DNA from: Candidatus Versatilivorator sp.
Lineage (GTDB): Bacteria > Acidobacteriota > Terriglobia > Versatilivoradales > Versatilivoraceae
Assembly: GCA_965207735.1 (NCBI GenBank)
Contig: OZ242296.1
Location: forward strand, 3,648,001 to 3,712,000
DNA length: 64,000 bases
Direction of reading: 5' to 3'
Positions 17,441 through 26,191 of this stretch are shown piece after piece. The translations under genes and the position numbers were made by a program. The notes under the pieces are model-generated. The model was not told the origin of the DNA. It ran no database searches and saw nothing but the letters and a program-made list of their open reading frames with translations. How positions within the stretch are numbered: the first letter of the stretch is position 1; each line of letters begins with the position of its first letter.

Positions 17441-19282
17441 TCACCGTTCTTCCCTTTGAGACCAGCGGCCGCTGGCCGCGGGCTGGCGAAAGTGATCGTA
17501 GACGTTTCTGGCGATTCGGGGAGAGGTTTCGGCGACCAGGCGGTCCAGCGGTGCGGCGGCGATTTGGGGGACGCTGCCCAGCCGTTGCAGCAGCCGCTTG
17601 GCGGTCTTGTCGCCCACCCCGGGAATCTGGGTGAGCACCGAGGTGAGGGTTCGGCCGGAGCGCCGCCGCCGGTGGAAGGTCACGGCGAAGCGGTGGGTTT
17701 CGTCCCGGATGCGCTGGACCAGCCGCAGGACCGGAGAATGCCGGTGCAAGCGGATGGGCTCCTGCTCGCTGCCTCGAACATAGATCAGCTCCTCTTTCTT
17801 GGCAATGCTGGCCAGAGGCTGGGTGGTGAGGTCCAGGGCGTCGAGAGCGGCGGCGGCGGCATGGAGTTGTCCCAGGCCACCGTCGACCAGGACCAGGTCG
17901 GGCAGGGGGCGGCGTTCTTGCAGGAGTCTCCGGTAGCGGCGAGAAACCACTTCGACCATGCTCTTGAAGTCGTCTGGACCGCTGACTGTCTTGATGATGA
18001 ATTTGCGGTAGTCGGCCTTCTTCATTCGGCCGTCCTCCCAAACCACCATGCAGGCCACGCAATCCGACCCCTGAATGTTGGAGACGTCGAAAGACTCGAT
18101 CCGCTTTGGAGGGTTTTCCAGGTCCATCAGCTCGGCCAGAGCCTCACCGATCATCCGGATGCCGGGATTCAAGGTGCGGAAGCGTTGGTCGAAAGTCAGG
18201 CGGGCGTTCCTTTGGGCCAGGCAGACCAGTTGCTTCTTGGGACCTCGTTGCGGTTCTTTCACGGCCACCCTTCTCCCTTTCCGGTTTGAAAGATAGGAAG
18301 CCAGAATATCCTGGTCCTCAAAACCGGAGGAAACCAGGACCTCGTCGGGGGTAAAACTGGAGTCGAAGTAGTACTGCTTGAGCAGCGAGGCCAGAATATC
18401 TCGATTGGTGGCGCCACTGGCCAGATCTTCCCAGAAATACTGGTGCCGGTCCACCACGCGGCCGCTTCGCAAGTGGAAGAGCTGCACGGCCGCCTTGTTT
18501 TCCTCCCGGTGGAGCGCGAAGACGTCCAGGTCGGCGGTTCGATTGGAAGACATGCGTTGCGGCTCGGAAAGCTGGTCGATGGTCCGGATCATGTCCCGCA
18601 GGTGAGCCGCCAATTCGAACCGTTCCCCATCGGCGGCTCTCATCATCTTGCCGCGCAAGCTCTTGATGAGCTCGCGCCGTTTCCCCTCCATGAACCACCT
18701 GAGGTCCCGGACCCGCCCGGCATACTCCTCTCGGCTGCAAACCGAAGCCACGCAAGGCCCCATGCAGCGCTTGATGTGGTAATCGAGGCACACCCTGGGC
18801 CGCCGGCCGTCTATTTCAATGGAGCAGGTACGAATCTGGAAATGACGACTCATCAGTTTGAAGATTCGGGAGGCCAGACTGGCGGGAAAGAAGGGACCGA
18901 AATAGAGGGCCCCGTCGCTCTTGACGCGGCGGGTCACCAGGATGCGTGGAAAGGGCTCGTTGACGGTCAGCTTGATGCAGGGGTAGGTCTTGTCGTCCCT
19001 GAGGAGGATGTTGTACTTGGGCTTGTGTCGCTTGATCAGGTTGTTCTCGAGAGCCAGGGCCTCCATCTCGTTGTCGACGACGATGCACTCGAGATCCGCG
19101 ATCTCCGAGCGCAACTGGTCCAGCTTGATGTCGGAGTGGCGGGAATCCTGGAAATAGCTTCTGACCCGGTGGCGCAGCGACTTGGCCTTGCCCACGTAGA
19201 TGATGTCGCCCCGGCTGTCCTTGTAGAGATACACCCCCGGTTCGGTGGGAAGATCGGCGGTCTTTTCTTCCAGGGCTCGCAT
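17441..19282 (-). CDS. uvrC: excinuclease ABC subunit C
   Basis: PGVY..IIYVGKAKSLRHRVRSYF (GIY-YIG), RIESFDVSNIQG, LVDGGLGQ, RDETHRFA, HhH. Confidence 0.97.
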   Translation of the reverse strand: MRALEEKTADLPTEPGVYLYKDSRGDIIYVGKAKSLRHRVRSYFQDSRHSDIKLDQLRSEIADLECIVVDNEMEALALENNLIKRHKPKYNILLRDDKTYPCIKLTVNEPFPRILVTRRVKSDGALYFGPFFPASLASRIFKLMSRHFQIRTCSIEIDGRRPRVCLDYHIKRCMGPCVASVCSREEYAGRVRDLRWFMEGKRRELIKSLRGKMMRAADGERFELAAHLRDMIRTIDQLSEPQRMSSNRTADLDVFALHREENKAAVQLFHLRSGRVVDRHQYFWEDLASGATNRDILASLLKQYYFDSSFTPDEVLVSSGFEDQDILASYLSNRKGRRVAVKEPQRGPKKQLVCLAQRNARLTFDQRFRTLNPGIRMIGEALAELMDLENPPKRIESFDVSNIQGSDCVACMVVWEDGRMKKADYRKFIIKTVSGPDDFKSMVEVVSRRYRRLLQERRPLPDLVLVDGGLGQLHAAAAALDALDLTTQPLASIAKKEELIYVRGSEQEPIRLHRHSPVLRLVQRIRDETHRFAVTFHRRRRSGRTLTSVLTQIPGVGDKTAKRLLQRLGSVPQIAAAPLDRLVAETSPRIARNVYDHFRQPAASGRWSQREER

Positions 19283-19366
19283 AGGGATTTCCCCGTCCAT
19301 TATGCCACGCCCCCAAAACGGCTAGAAAGTGTCGGGAGACCTGCCTGAACCGCTGAGGGCTATCCA

Positions 19367-19502
19367 TGAAAAACAAAAAAGAAATCCACGAAGGGGCACG
19401 AAGGACGACGAAGGGCCACTAAGGGGTTGGAGAAGGCTCAAGAGGGATCCGTCAAGGGTCAGGAAAGGGGGAATAGGTATCCACGAAGGGGAACGAAGAA
19501 CC
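19367..19502 (+). repeat. repeat family A core, two partial copies in a divergent intergenic region
   Basis: atccacgaaggggcacgaaggacgacgaagggccactaagg and tatccacgaaggggaacgaagaacc. Confidence 0.88.
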
Positions 19503-19562
19503 ATCATGCACATCCCCCATGCTATCATCGGGCCATTGTGAGCCTGTTAGGGTCGACCGGTC

Positions 19563-19916
19563 ATGGACAAGATTTTGCTGAGGGACATTCGACTGCAGAT
19601 GAAGGTGGGCACCACCCGGCAGGAACGCGGTCAAGCTCAGCCCTGCCGGGCCGACCTGACCCTGTGGCGGCCCTTGGAGAAAGCCCGTAAGGGACGGTTG
19701 GACAAGACTGTGGACTATAGCGCCGTTTACCGCCGGGTCGAGGAGTTGTGCGAGGTTCGAACCTTTACTTTGCTGGAGGAAGCGGCTCTGTTGATCTGCA
19801 GAGAGGTGCTGAAGGACTTCCCGGTCAGGAAGGTCAGGGTTCGAATCGGCAAGACCAGTCCCTTCACCCAAAAGCTGGGTTTTGTGGGGGTCGAGGTGGA
19901 GCGCCGCCGGTCCTGA
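19563..19916 (+). CDS. folB: dihydroneopterin aldolase
   Basis: MDKILLRDI..G..ER..Q, TVDYSAVY, FTLLEE, VRIGK. Confidence 0.88.
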   Translation: MDKILLRDIRLQMKVGTTRQERGQAQPCRADLTLWRPLEKARKGRLDKTVDYSAVYRRVEELCEVRTFTLLEEAALLICREVLKDFPVRKVRVRIGKTSPFTQKLGFVGVEVERRRS

Positions 19917-19947
19917 GGTCCGGCCTTTCCGGAAAGGAGCGCGTTGC

Positions 19948-20997
19948 ATGAAGGCGGTGATCCTGGCGGGCGGCGAGGGAACCCGGCTGAGGCCGTTGAC
20001 GCTCCGTATGCCCAAGCCGGTGGTTCCCATCGCCAACGTCCCTTTTCTCGGGTATCAGCTCGACTTGCTGCGCCGCCACGGCATCAGCGAAGCCATCCTG
20101 AGCCTGGGCTATCGGCCCGACAAGATCGAAGCGGAATTGGGTGACGGCAGCCGATTCGGGATTCGGCTCCGCTACGTGGTCGAGCAGTCTCCCCTGGGTA
20201 CCGGCGGGGCTTTCAAGAATGCGGAGCCATTCCTGGACGGCCCAGCCGTCGTTTTTAACGGGGACATTCTCTGCGATTTCGATCTGACCGAGATCCTTCG
20301 CTCCCACCGCCGGCGCTCGGCAACCGCCACCCTGACCCTGACCCGAGTCGACAACCCTTCCGCCTACGGATTGGTGGAAACCGGGGAAGATGGCCGGGTC
20401 GCGCGTTTTCTGGAAAAGCCCGGCCGGGACCAGGTCACCTGCGACACCATCAATGCCGGGCTCTATGTGCTGGAACCGGAAGTTCTCAAGGCCATTTCGG
20501 CCGGCGTGAACACCTCCTTCGAAAGGGAGGTGTTTCCAGGTCTGCTGGCTGGCGGAAGGCCCGTCTATGCCTATATCTCGCCGGGTTACTGGATCGACAT
20601 CGGCACCCCCCAAAAGTATTTGCAGGCTCACCGGGACATTTTGGAGGGGCGGTATGTTCCTACTGTAGCCGGTTTCCGGTTCAGCCCGGCGGGTCTTCCT
20701 CAACGGGAAGGTTGCGACAGCCTGGTCCGGAACTCTGTAGTCGCCTCTTCGGCCCGGGTCGGGAAGGGGTCCAGGATCTTCGGCTCCGCCATCGATCAGG
20801 ACTGCCAGGTGGGCGAACGGGCGATCATCCGCGGTTCAGTGCTTTGGAAAGACGTGCAGGTGGGAGAAGGAGCCCAGTTGCGGGGCTGTGTCCTGGGCAA
20901 CGGCTGCCGCATCGGGCCCCACGCCGAGGTGGGGGAGGGGGTGGTCCTGGGAGACGCCTCCCGCCTCTCGGCCTACAGCCGGCTTCGATCACCCTGA
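19948..20997 (+). CDS. NDP-sugar synthase (mannose-1-phosphate guanylyltransferase-like)
   Basis: MKAVILAGGEGTRLRPLT..PKP, PLGTGG, INAGLY, WIDIGTP, C-terminal hexapeptide repeats. Confidence 0.9.
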   Translation: MKAVILAGGEGTRLRPLTLRMPKPVVPIANVPFLGYQLDLLRRHGISEAILSLGYRPDKIEAELGDGSRFGIRLRYVVEQSPLGTGGAFKNAEPFLDGPAVVFNGDILCDFDLTEILRSHRRRSATATLTLTRVDNPSAYGLVETGEDGRVARFLEKPGRDQVTCDTINAGLYVLEPEVLKAISAGVNTSFEREVFPGLLAGGRPVYAYISPGYWIDIGTPQKYLQAHRDILEGRYVPTVAGFRFSPAGLPQREGCDSLVRNSVVASSARVGKGSRIFGSAIDQDCQVGERAIIRGSVLWKDVQVGEGAQLRGCVLGNGCRIGPHAEVGEGVVLGDASRLSAYSRLRSP

Positions 20998-21013
20998 GGA
21001 GGGAGAGATTCGA

Positions 21014-22210
21014 TTACCGGGTTTCCTCGGCCACCGTTGGAGTCGCCGGCGCCGGGACTTCGATGGGAATCTGCTCGACCACCCGAATCCCGTAGCCCTC
21101 CAATCCGACGATGCGGCGGGGGTGGTTGGTCAGCAGCCGAATGTGCTTGAGGTTCAGCCGGGAGAGAATCTGGGCTCCAGTGCCGTAGTCCCTCTGGGCT
21201 CGACGCCCGCTGTAGACCTCCGCCTCGGCGGAGGTCATGCCATGGTAGGCGATGCGATTGCGTCCATCACCCTTCTTGAGCTGAAATCCCCTCCCGGTCT
21301 GGTGCAGGTAGAGCAGCACTCCGCTGCCGGCCTGGGCAATGCGCCGCAAACAGCGTTCGACCTGAGCGCGGCAATCGCACCGGATCGAATGAAAGACATC
21401 CCCTGTCAGGCAGTGGGAATGAACCCTGACCAGCACCGGTTCCTCCGGACGAATGGTGCCGTACACCAGGGCCACGTGGGTCTCCTGCTCGATCTCGCTT
21501 TCGAAGGCCAGCATGCGGAAGGTGCCGAACTCGGTCGGCAAGTCGGCCTCGGCAACCAGCTTGACGAATGATTCGGTCCGTAGCCGGTACTCAATCAGGT
21601 CGGCCACGGTGATCATTTTCAGTCCGTGTTCGGTGGCAAACTTGTGCAGTTCGCCGACCCGGGACATGCTGCCGTCGTCATTCATGATCTCGCAGATGAC
21701 GCCTGCCGGCCTCAAGCCGGCGATTCGGGCCAGGTCGACGGCCGCCTCGGTCTGGCCGGCTCGTATGAGCACGCCGCCTCGGCGAGCCCGCAAGGGGAAC
21801 ACGTGGCCGGGCTTGACCAGATCGCCGGGCCGGGTGTGGGTGGAGATGGCCGTCAGAATTGTCTGGGAGCGGTCGGCCGCCGAAATTCCCGTGGACACTT
21901 TCCCCCTGGCCTCGATCGATACGCAAAAAGCGGTGCCGTAGCGGGAATTGTTGTCGTTCACCATCAGAGGAATCCGCAGCTCGTCCAGGCGTTCTCCGGT
22001 CAGGGGAAGACAGATCAAGCCCCGACCGAATTTGGCCATGAAGTTGATGGCTTCGGGTGTCACCTTCTCGGCGGCGATGGTCAGGTCGCCTTCGTTTTCC
22101 CGATCCTCGTCGTCGACCACGATGAGCATCTTTCCCGACCTGACGTCCTCGATGGCCTCTTCAATGGTTGAAAAATAACTTTCCAATGGCTTCCTCGGCA
22201 GGCACTGCAT
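21014..22210 (-). CDS. ribB: DHBP synthase fused to a divergent GTP cyclohydrolase II-like domain (RibBA/RibBX)
   Basis: [39 protein letters not shown]; C-terminal [13 protein letters not shown]; start uncertain. Confidence 0.88.
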   Translation of the reverse strand: MQCLPRKPLESYFSTIEEAIEDVRSGKMLIVVDDEDRENEGDLTIAAEKVTPEAINFMAKFGRGLICLPLTGERLDELRIPLMVNDNNSRYGTAFCVSIEARGKVSTGISAADRSQTILTAISTHTRPGDLVKPGHVFPLRARRGGVLIRAGQTEAAVDLARIAGLRPAGVICEIMNDDGSMSRVGELHKFATEHGLKMITVADLIEYRLRTESFVKLVAEADLPTEFGTFRMLAFESEIEQETHVALVYGTIRPEEPVLVRVHSHCLTGDVFHSIRCDCRAQVERCLRRIAQAGSGVLLYLHQTGRGFQLKKGDGRNRIAYHGMTSAEAEVYSGRRAQRDYGTGAQILSRLNLKHIRLLTNHPRRIVGLEGYGIRVVEQIPIEVPAPATPTVAEETR

Positions 22211-22236
22211 GGAATGGTGTTCTCGGGAGCTGAGCC

Positions 22237-22884
22237 TCAATATCCCCGGTCCCGGAGGTACTGAGCAGTCAGGCCGTCGTGGCTGCCGTCGTGTCGCCGG
22301 TGGTCCAGCGCGGCCTCCACGTACTTGGCCAGAATGTCGCACTCCAGGTTCACCCGATCTCCCGGCCGTCGCCGGGACAGGTTGGTATGTTCCAGTGTGT
22401 GGGGGATGATGGCCACTTCAAAGAAATCTTTCCCCAGCCTGGACACCGTCAGGCTGATTCCATCGACGGCGATAGACCCTTTCTCGACCACGTAAGCTCG
22501 CATCCCCTCGGGCAGCGAAAAGCGGAAAAGGGCGAACGCCTGCTGCTTCTCGATCCTGACCACTCGGGCGACGGCGTCCACGTGACCCTGGACGAAATGG
22601 CCTCCCAATCGTGCCGTGGGCAACAGGGGCAACTCCAGGTTGATGGAGTCCCCTGGACTGAGACTGCCCAGATTGGACCTCTCCAGCGTTTCCCGCGACA
22701 GGTCCGCCTGAAACCCCTTCCCGTTCCGGCCGGTCACGGTCAGACAGGCTCCGTTGACGGCGATGCTGTCGCCGAGCCGGAGCTCCGAACCCAGACGAGA
22801 GGCAAGCACTTCCAGTAGGGCCGTGTCTCCTCGCCGGCTCAGCGACCCCACCCGACCGACGTCCTGAATGATTCCGGTGAACAT
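22237..22884 (-). CDS. ribE: riboflavin synthase
   Basis: MFTGII, GDSIAVNGACLTV, GGHFVQGHVD, KGSIAVDGISLTV. Confidence 0.96.
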   Translation of the reverse strand: MFTGIIQDVGRVGSLSRRGDTALLEVLASRLGSELRLGDSIAVNGACLTVTGRNGKGFQADLSRETLERSNLGSLSPGDSINLELPLLPTARLGGHFVQGHVDAVARVVRIEKQQAFALFRFSLPEGMRAYVVEKGSIAVDGISLTVSRLGKDFFEVAIIPHTLEHTNLSRRRPGDRVNLECDILAKYVEAALDHRRHDGSHDGLTAQYLRDRGY

Positions 22885-22896
22885 CCCACTCCCGGC

Positions 22897-24024
22897 TCAA
22901 TGCGGCTGGTCCATGGTTGGGCTCGAGGACTTCGGGTAAGCCTCGATCATGAGGTCGGGACCGATCCGTTCGATTCTGGAGAAGGCCAGCGGAGGCGCCT
23001 GGTCCAGCCTGGGGAATCCGGCGCCTCCGAACATGGGGACTGCCTGTCCCCCCAGGATCCTGGGGGCCAGGAAGCAGACCAGCTTGTCGATGACCTGGCC
23101 GTGCAGGGCTTCGAAGTTGATCTCGCTCCCCCCCTCGATCAGGAGGCCCACAACCTGACGGCGTCCCAACTCCTCCAGAACCGGAGCAAATGGAACCCGG
23201 GCGCCGGCACCGGAAGTCGGAATGACTTCGATGCCTGTCTCCTCCAGCGTGCGCCGCCGGTCGGGGTTCGGCCTCCGGCCGCAAAAAACGATTATATCAC
23301 CCTGGCTGCGGGTGCTTGCCAGGCGGCTGTCCGGCGGGAGACGCAATCGGGAGTCCAGGACCACGCGCAGCAGGGGCCGAGTCCGGGGCTGTCCGCTGCG
23401 GTCGGTCAGCAGGGGGTCATCCTGGAGCACGGTTCCGATGCCAACCAGGACGGCATCGGCCTCCAGGCGCATCCGGTGCACCCGTTGGCGGGACACCGGA
23501 CTGGTGATCCATTGAGGAGGGCCGCTGCCGGCGGCGATTCTGCCGTCCAGGGTGGCTCCAACCTTGGCGGTCACGAAAGGTTTCCGGCAGGAAATGTATT
23601 TGGCAAAGGCTTCGTTGAGCCTGCGAGCTTCCTCCTCGCGGACACCGGCCGTGACTTCGAGGCCGGCCGAGGTCAACCACTCCAGACCCTTGCCCGCCAC
23701 CAGCGGATTCGGGTCTCTCATGGCCACCACCACCCGGGTGATTCCCGAGTCCACGATGGACCTGCAACAAGGGCCGGTGCGGCCCTGATGGCAGCAGGGT
23801 TCCAGATTGACGTAGAGAGTCGCTCCCCGGGCCCGGTCGCCGGCCTGCTCCAGGGCCCAAACCTCGGCGTGCTTGCGTTGGCCGTATCGATGAACACCCT
23901 GGCCGACCACGCGGCCGTCCCGAACCAGGACCGCTCCCACCATGGGATTGGGACTGGCCAGCCCCCTTCCTTGCAGGGCCAGCTCCATGGCCTGCCCCAT
24001 ATGGTAGTGGTCACGTTCGGACAT
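22897..24024 (-). CDS. ribD: diaminohydroxyphosphoribosylaminopyrimidine deaminase/reductase
   Basis: PNPMVGA, HAE, LEPCCH..PC, TLDGRIA, IEGG. Confidence 0.96.
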   Translation of the reverse strand: MSERDHYHMGQAMELALQGRGLASPNPMVGAVLVRDGRVVGQGVHRYGQRKHAEVWALEQAGDRARGATLYVNLEPCCHQGRTGPCCRSIVDSGITRVVVAMRDPNPLVAGKGLEWLTSAGLEVTAGVREEEARRLNEAFAKYISCRKPFVTAKVGATLDGRIAAGSGPPQWITSPVSRQRVHRMRLEADAVLVGIGTVLQDDPLLTDRSGQPRTRPLLRVVLDSRLRLPPDSRLASTRSQGDIIVFCGRRPNPDRRRTLEETGIEVIPTSGAGARVPFAPVLEELGRRQVVGLLIEGGSEINFEALHGQVIDKLVCFLAPRILGGQAVPMFGGAGFPRLDQAPPLAFSRIERIGPDLMIEAYPKSSSPTMDQPH

Positions 24025-24056
24025 GGTGGAGTGTTGCGGGCCCGCGACCTACTTAT

Positions 24057-24141
24057 TCGAAACAAGAGAAAAAGAGTTATCCACGAAGTCGTACGAAGGA
24101 CCACGAAGGGCCACTAAGGCGTTGAGGTTAACCGCGACGGG
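24057..24141 (+). repeat. repeat family A, partial copy
   Basis: gaaacaagagaaaaagagttatccacgaagtcgtacgaaggaccacgaagggccactaaggcgttgaggttaaccgcgacggg. Confidence 0.9.
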
Positions 24142-24151
24142 GCAGATTATT

Positions 24152-24425
24152 GATTCACATCGATGCACAGGATGCACAGGATTTTTTCTGGAGACGGTGG
24201 GCCTGCAGTCCTAAACATCCGCAAATCCAAATCGGATAATCGCCCGAACTGGCTTCTGGTGCAGCAAGCTCTCATCCTGTTAATCCTGTGCATCCATGTT
24301 CAATTCATAGTCCTTCTCGATTGATCTTCCCCGTGGCGGGCCTTGGCTGTGCCCAACGCCCCGATTCCCAGTCAGGGTCCCGTGCAGCGGCTTCTGGTCC
24401 TATTACTCCTGTCCCTAACCCGTGA
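24152..24425 (+). repeat. repeat family B (GATGCACAG-unit REPIN-like element)
   Basis: catcgatgcacaggatgcacaggatt ... atcctgttaatcctgtgcatccatgttcaat; long near-identical inverted copy at 59151-59440. Confidence 0.9.
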
Positions 24426-24446
24426 ACGCCGGTCGCCGGCTGGACC

Positions 24447-25412
24447 TTACGCGTCTCCGTCAAAAAGGGAGTCGATGAAAAGTACGGCTGAGAAGGGCAC
24501 CAGGTCGTCAATTCGCTCGCCCACTCCCACGTATCGGATGGGGATTCCAAGATCCCGCGCAATGCCGATGACGACGCCTCCTTTGGCGGTCCCGTCCAGC
24601 TTGGTCAATACGATTCCGCTGACCCCCGTGGACCGGGTGAACTCCCGGGCCTGCACCACCCCGTTCTGCCCGGTAGTGGCATCCACCACCAGTAGAATCT
24701 GGTGGGGCGCTCCGGGGACTTCCCGTGCGGCGATCCGCTTCATTTTCTCCAACTCGGCCATCAGGTTGTTCTTGGTGTGGAGTCGCCCTGCCGTATCCAC
24801 GATCAGGATGTCCGCCTGCCTGGCCTTGGCGGCTTGAATGGCGTCGAAGAGCACAGCTGCCGGATCGGAGCCCGACTGCTGCCGGATGACCTGGGCTCCG
24901 GCGCGTTTCCCCCATGCCTCCAGTTGCTCCACGGCGGCCGCCCGAAAGGTGTCGGCGGCGCACACCAGGACCTTTCGGCCGTCCCGAACCCATCGGCCCG
25001 CCAGCTTGCCGGCGGTGGTGGTCTTGCCTACGCCGTTGACCCCGACGAGCAGCAGGACCTGAAGGCCGGAAGTCGCGGGCTCGTCGCTCGGGGCGTCCCC
25101 GGTCTGCAAAAGTTCGAGGAGTTCAGATCGGATACAAAATTTGAGCTGGCCGGCGTCGTTGATGCGGTTCCGCTCTACCCGGTTCCTGACCCTGTCGAGG
25201 ACCACCGTTGTGGTATCGATCCCCACATCGGCTCCCACCAGGATTTCCTCGAGATCCTCAAGCAAATCCGTGTCTATCGCCGTCCGTCCCTGCAGCACCT
25301 GCTCCATGCGAGCCACCAGGTTCTTCCGGGTCGAGGACACGGCGGCCTTGAACCTGCCCAGAAGACCCTTCTGGGGTTGCCGATCGTCACCGGCGCCACC
25401 CGGATTCTCCAT
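24447..25412 (-). CDS. ftsY: signal recognition particle receptor
   Basis: GVNGVGKTT, DTFRAAA, DTAGRLHT, DATTGQNG, TKLDGTAKGG; GGAGG RBS before ATG 25412. Confidence 0.97.
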   Translation of the reverse strand: MENPGGAGDDRQPQKGLLGRFKAAVSSTRKNLVARMEQVLQGRTAIDTDLLEDLEEILVGADVGIDTTTVVLDRVRNRVERNRINDAGQLKFCIRSELLELLQTGDAPSDEPATSGLQVLLLVGVNGVGKTTTAGKLAGRWVRDGRKVLVCAADTFRAAAVEQLEAWGKRAGAQVIRQQSGSDPAAVLFDAIQAAKARQADILIVDTAGRLHTKNNLMAELEKMKRIAAREVPGAPHQILLVVDATTGQNGVVQAREFTRSTGVSGIVLTKLDGTAKGGVVIGIARDLGIPIRYVGVGERIDDLVPFSAVLFIDSLFDGDA

Positions 25413-25526
25413 ACCGACCTCCAGCGAATTCGTTTCTCCGGTCGCTAATGGTAACACAGGGAAATTGGGCGTCAGGAGGGTGGCAGTCACCCCTGCCGGA
25501 CTCGGGTGCCGGCCGGCTCCGCCAGC

Positions 25527-25799
25527 TTACCGCTTTTCGCAGGCAACGCTCTTGGGAGGGGTTCTGGAACAGGCGATGGTGTCGGTCATGCCCGAGGAGA
25601 GCTGGGCGCAGGCGGTGTCGAGGGCTGTTCGCAGGGCCTCGGCCTCGGTGGCTCCAAGGGCTTTGCGGCAGTCGGTCCTTCCTCGGAACTCCATGCAGAC
25701 CTCGCAACTGTACTCGTCCAATGCCATGGAGGAGTAGACGATATAGCCCAGTATGGCCAGGAGGGAGACGGCGATGAGGATCCGGGTGCCTTTGGACAT
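25527..25799 (-). CDS. small membrane-anchored Cys-rich hypothetical protein
   Basis: N-terminal TM helix, CEVC plus four further Cys. Confidence 0.7.
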   Translation of the reverse strand: MSKGTRILIAVSLLAILGYIVYSSMALDEYSCEVCMEFRGRTDCRKALGATEAEALRTALDTACAQLSSGMTDTIACSRTPPKSVACEKR

Positions 25800-25986
25800 G
25801 GAGGCAGATTATATGCTGTATCAATTCCGTTTATCCAAGGCATAAGAAATATAAATTTATTCTGCCGACGGCTTTCTTCTAGAATTTGCTGGGAGCCGTT
25901 TGTTCATCAAGCAGGATTGTTCCCAAGTGGCAGCTTGCTCCGACCGAGGTTCAGGCAGGTCAAGCGAGACTTCTAGGGTCTAAATT

Positions 25987-25995
25987 TGGTACAAT
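25987..25995 (+). promoter_or_regulatory. possible extended -10 element for gltBD
   Basis: TGgTACAAT about 200 bp upstream of gltB, in a region of lower GC. Confidence 0.35.
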
Positions 25996-26191
25996 CCTTG
26001 GTTCGATGAGTCAAGATGCCCTTTCCGGCTGTCAATCAAGTTTGCTGGCTTCCCCAACTCAAGCAACCGTAGCCAACTGATTTAGCTGGAAGGCAGCACC
26101 GCGGGTCCGCTCCAGGATCTTCCGGTGCCGGCTTCGGAGGTGTAGCTGTCGCCATTTGACGGCGGACTCGGTTGAGGTTCAGGCGATTTCG

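Noticed and set aside
24025-24446. FMN riboswitch upstream of ribD
   Set aside because: Region is explained by repeat families A and B; RFN consensus not seen
25986-26003. sigma54 site or glutamine riboswitch upstream of gltB
   Set aside because: -12 position is GG rather than GC; no glnA-motif consensus recognised
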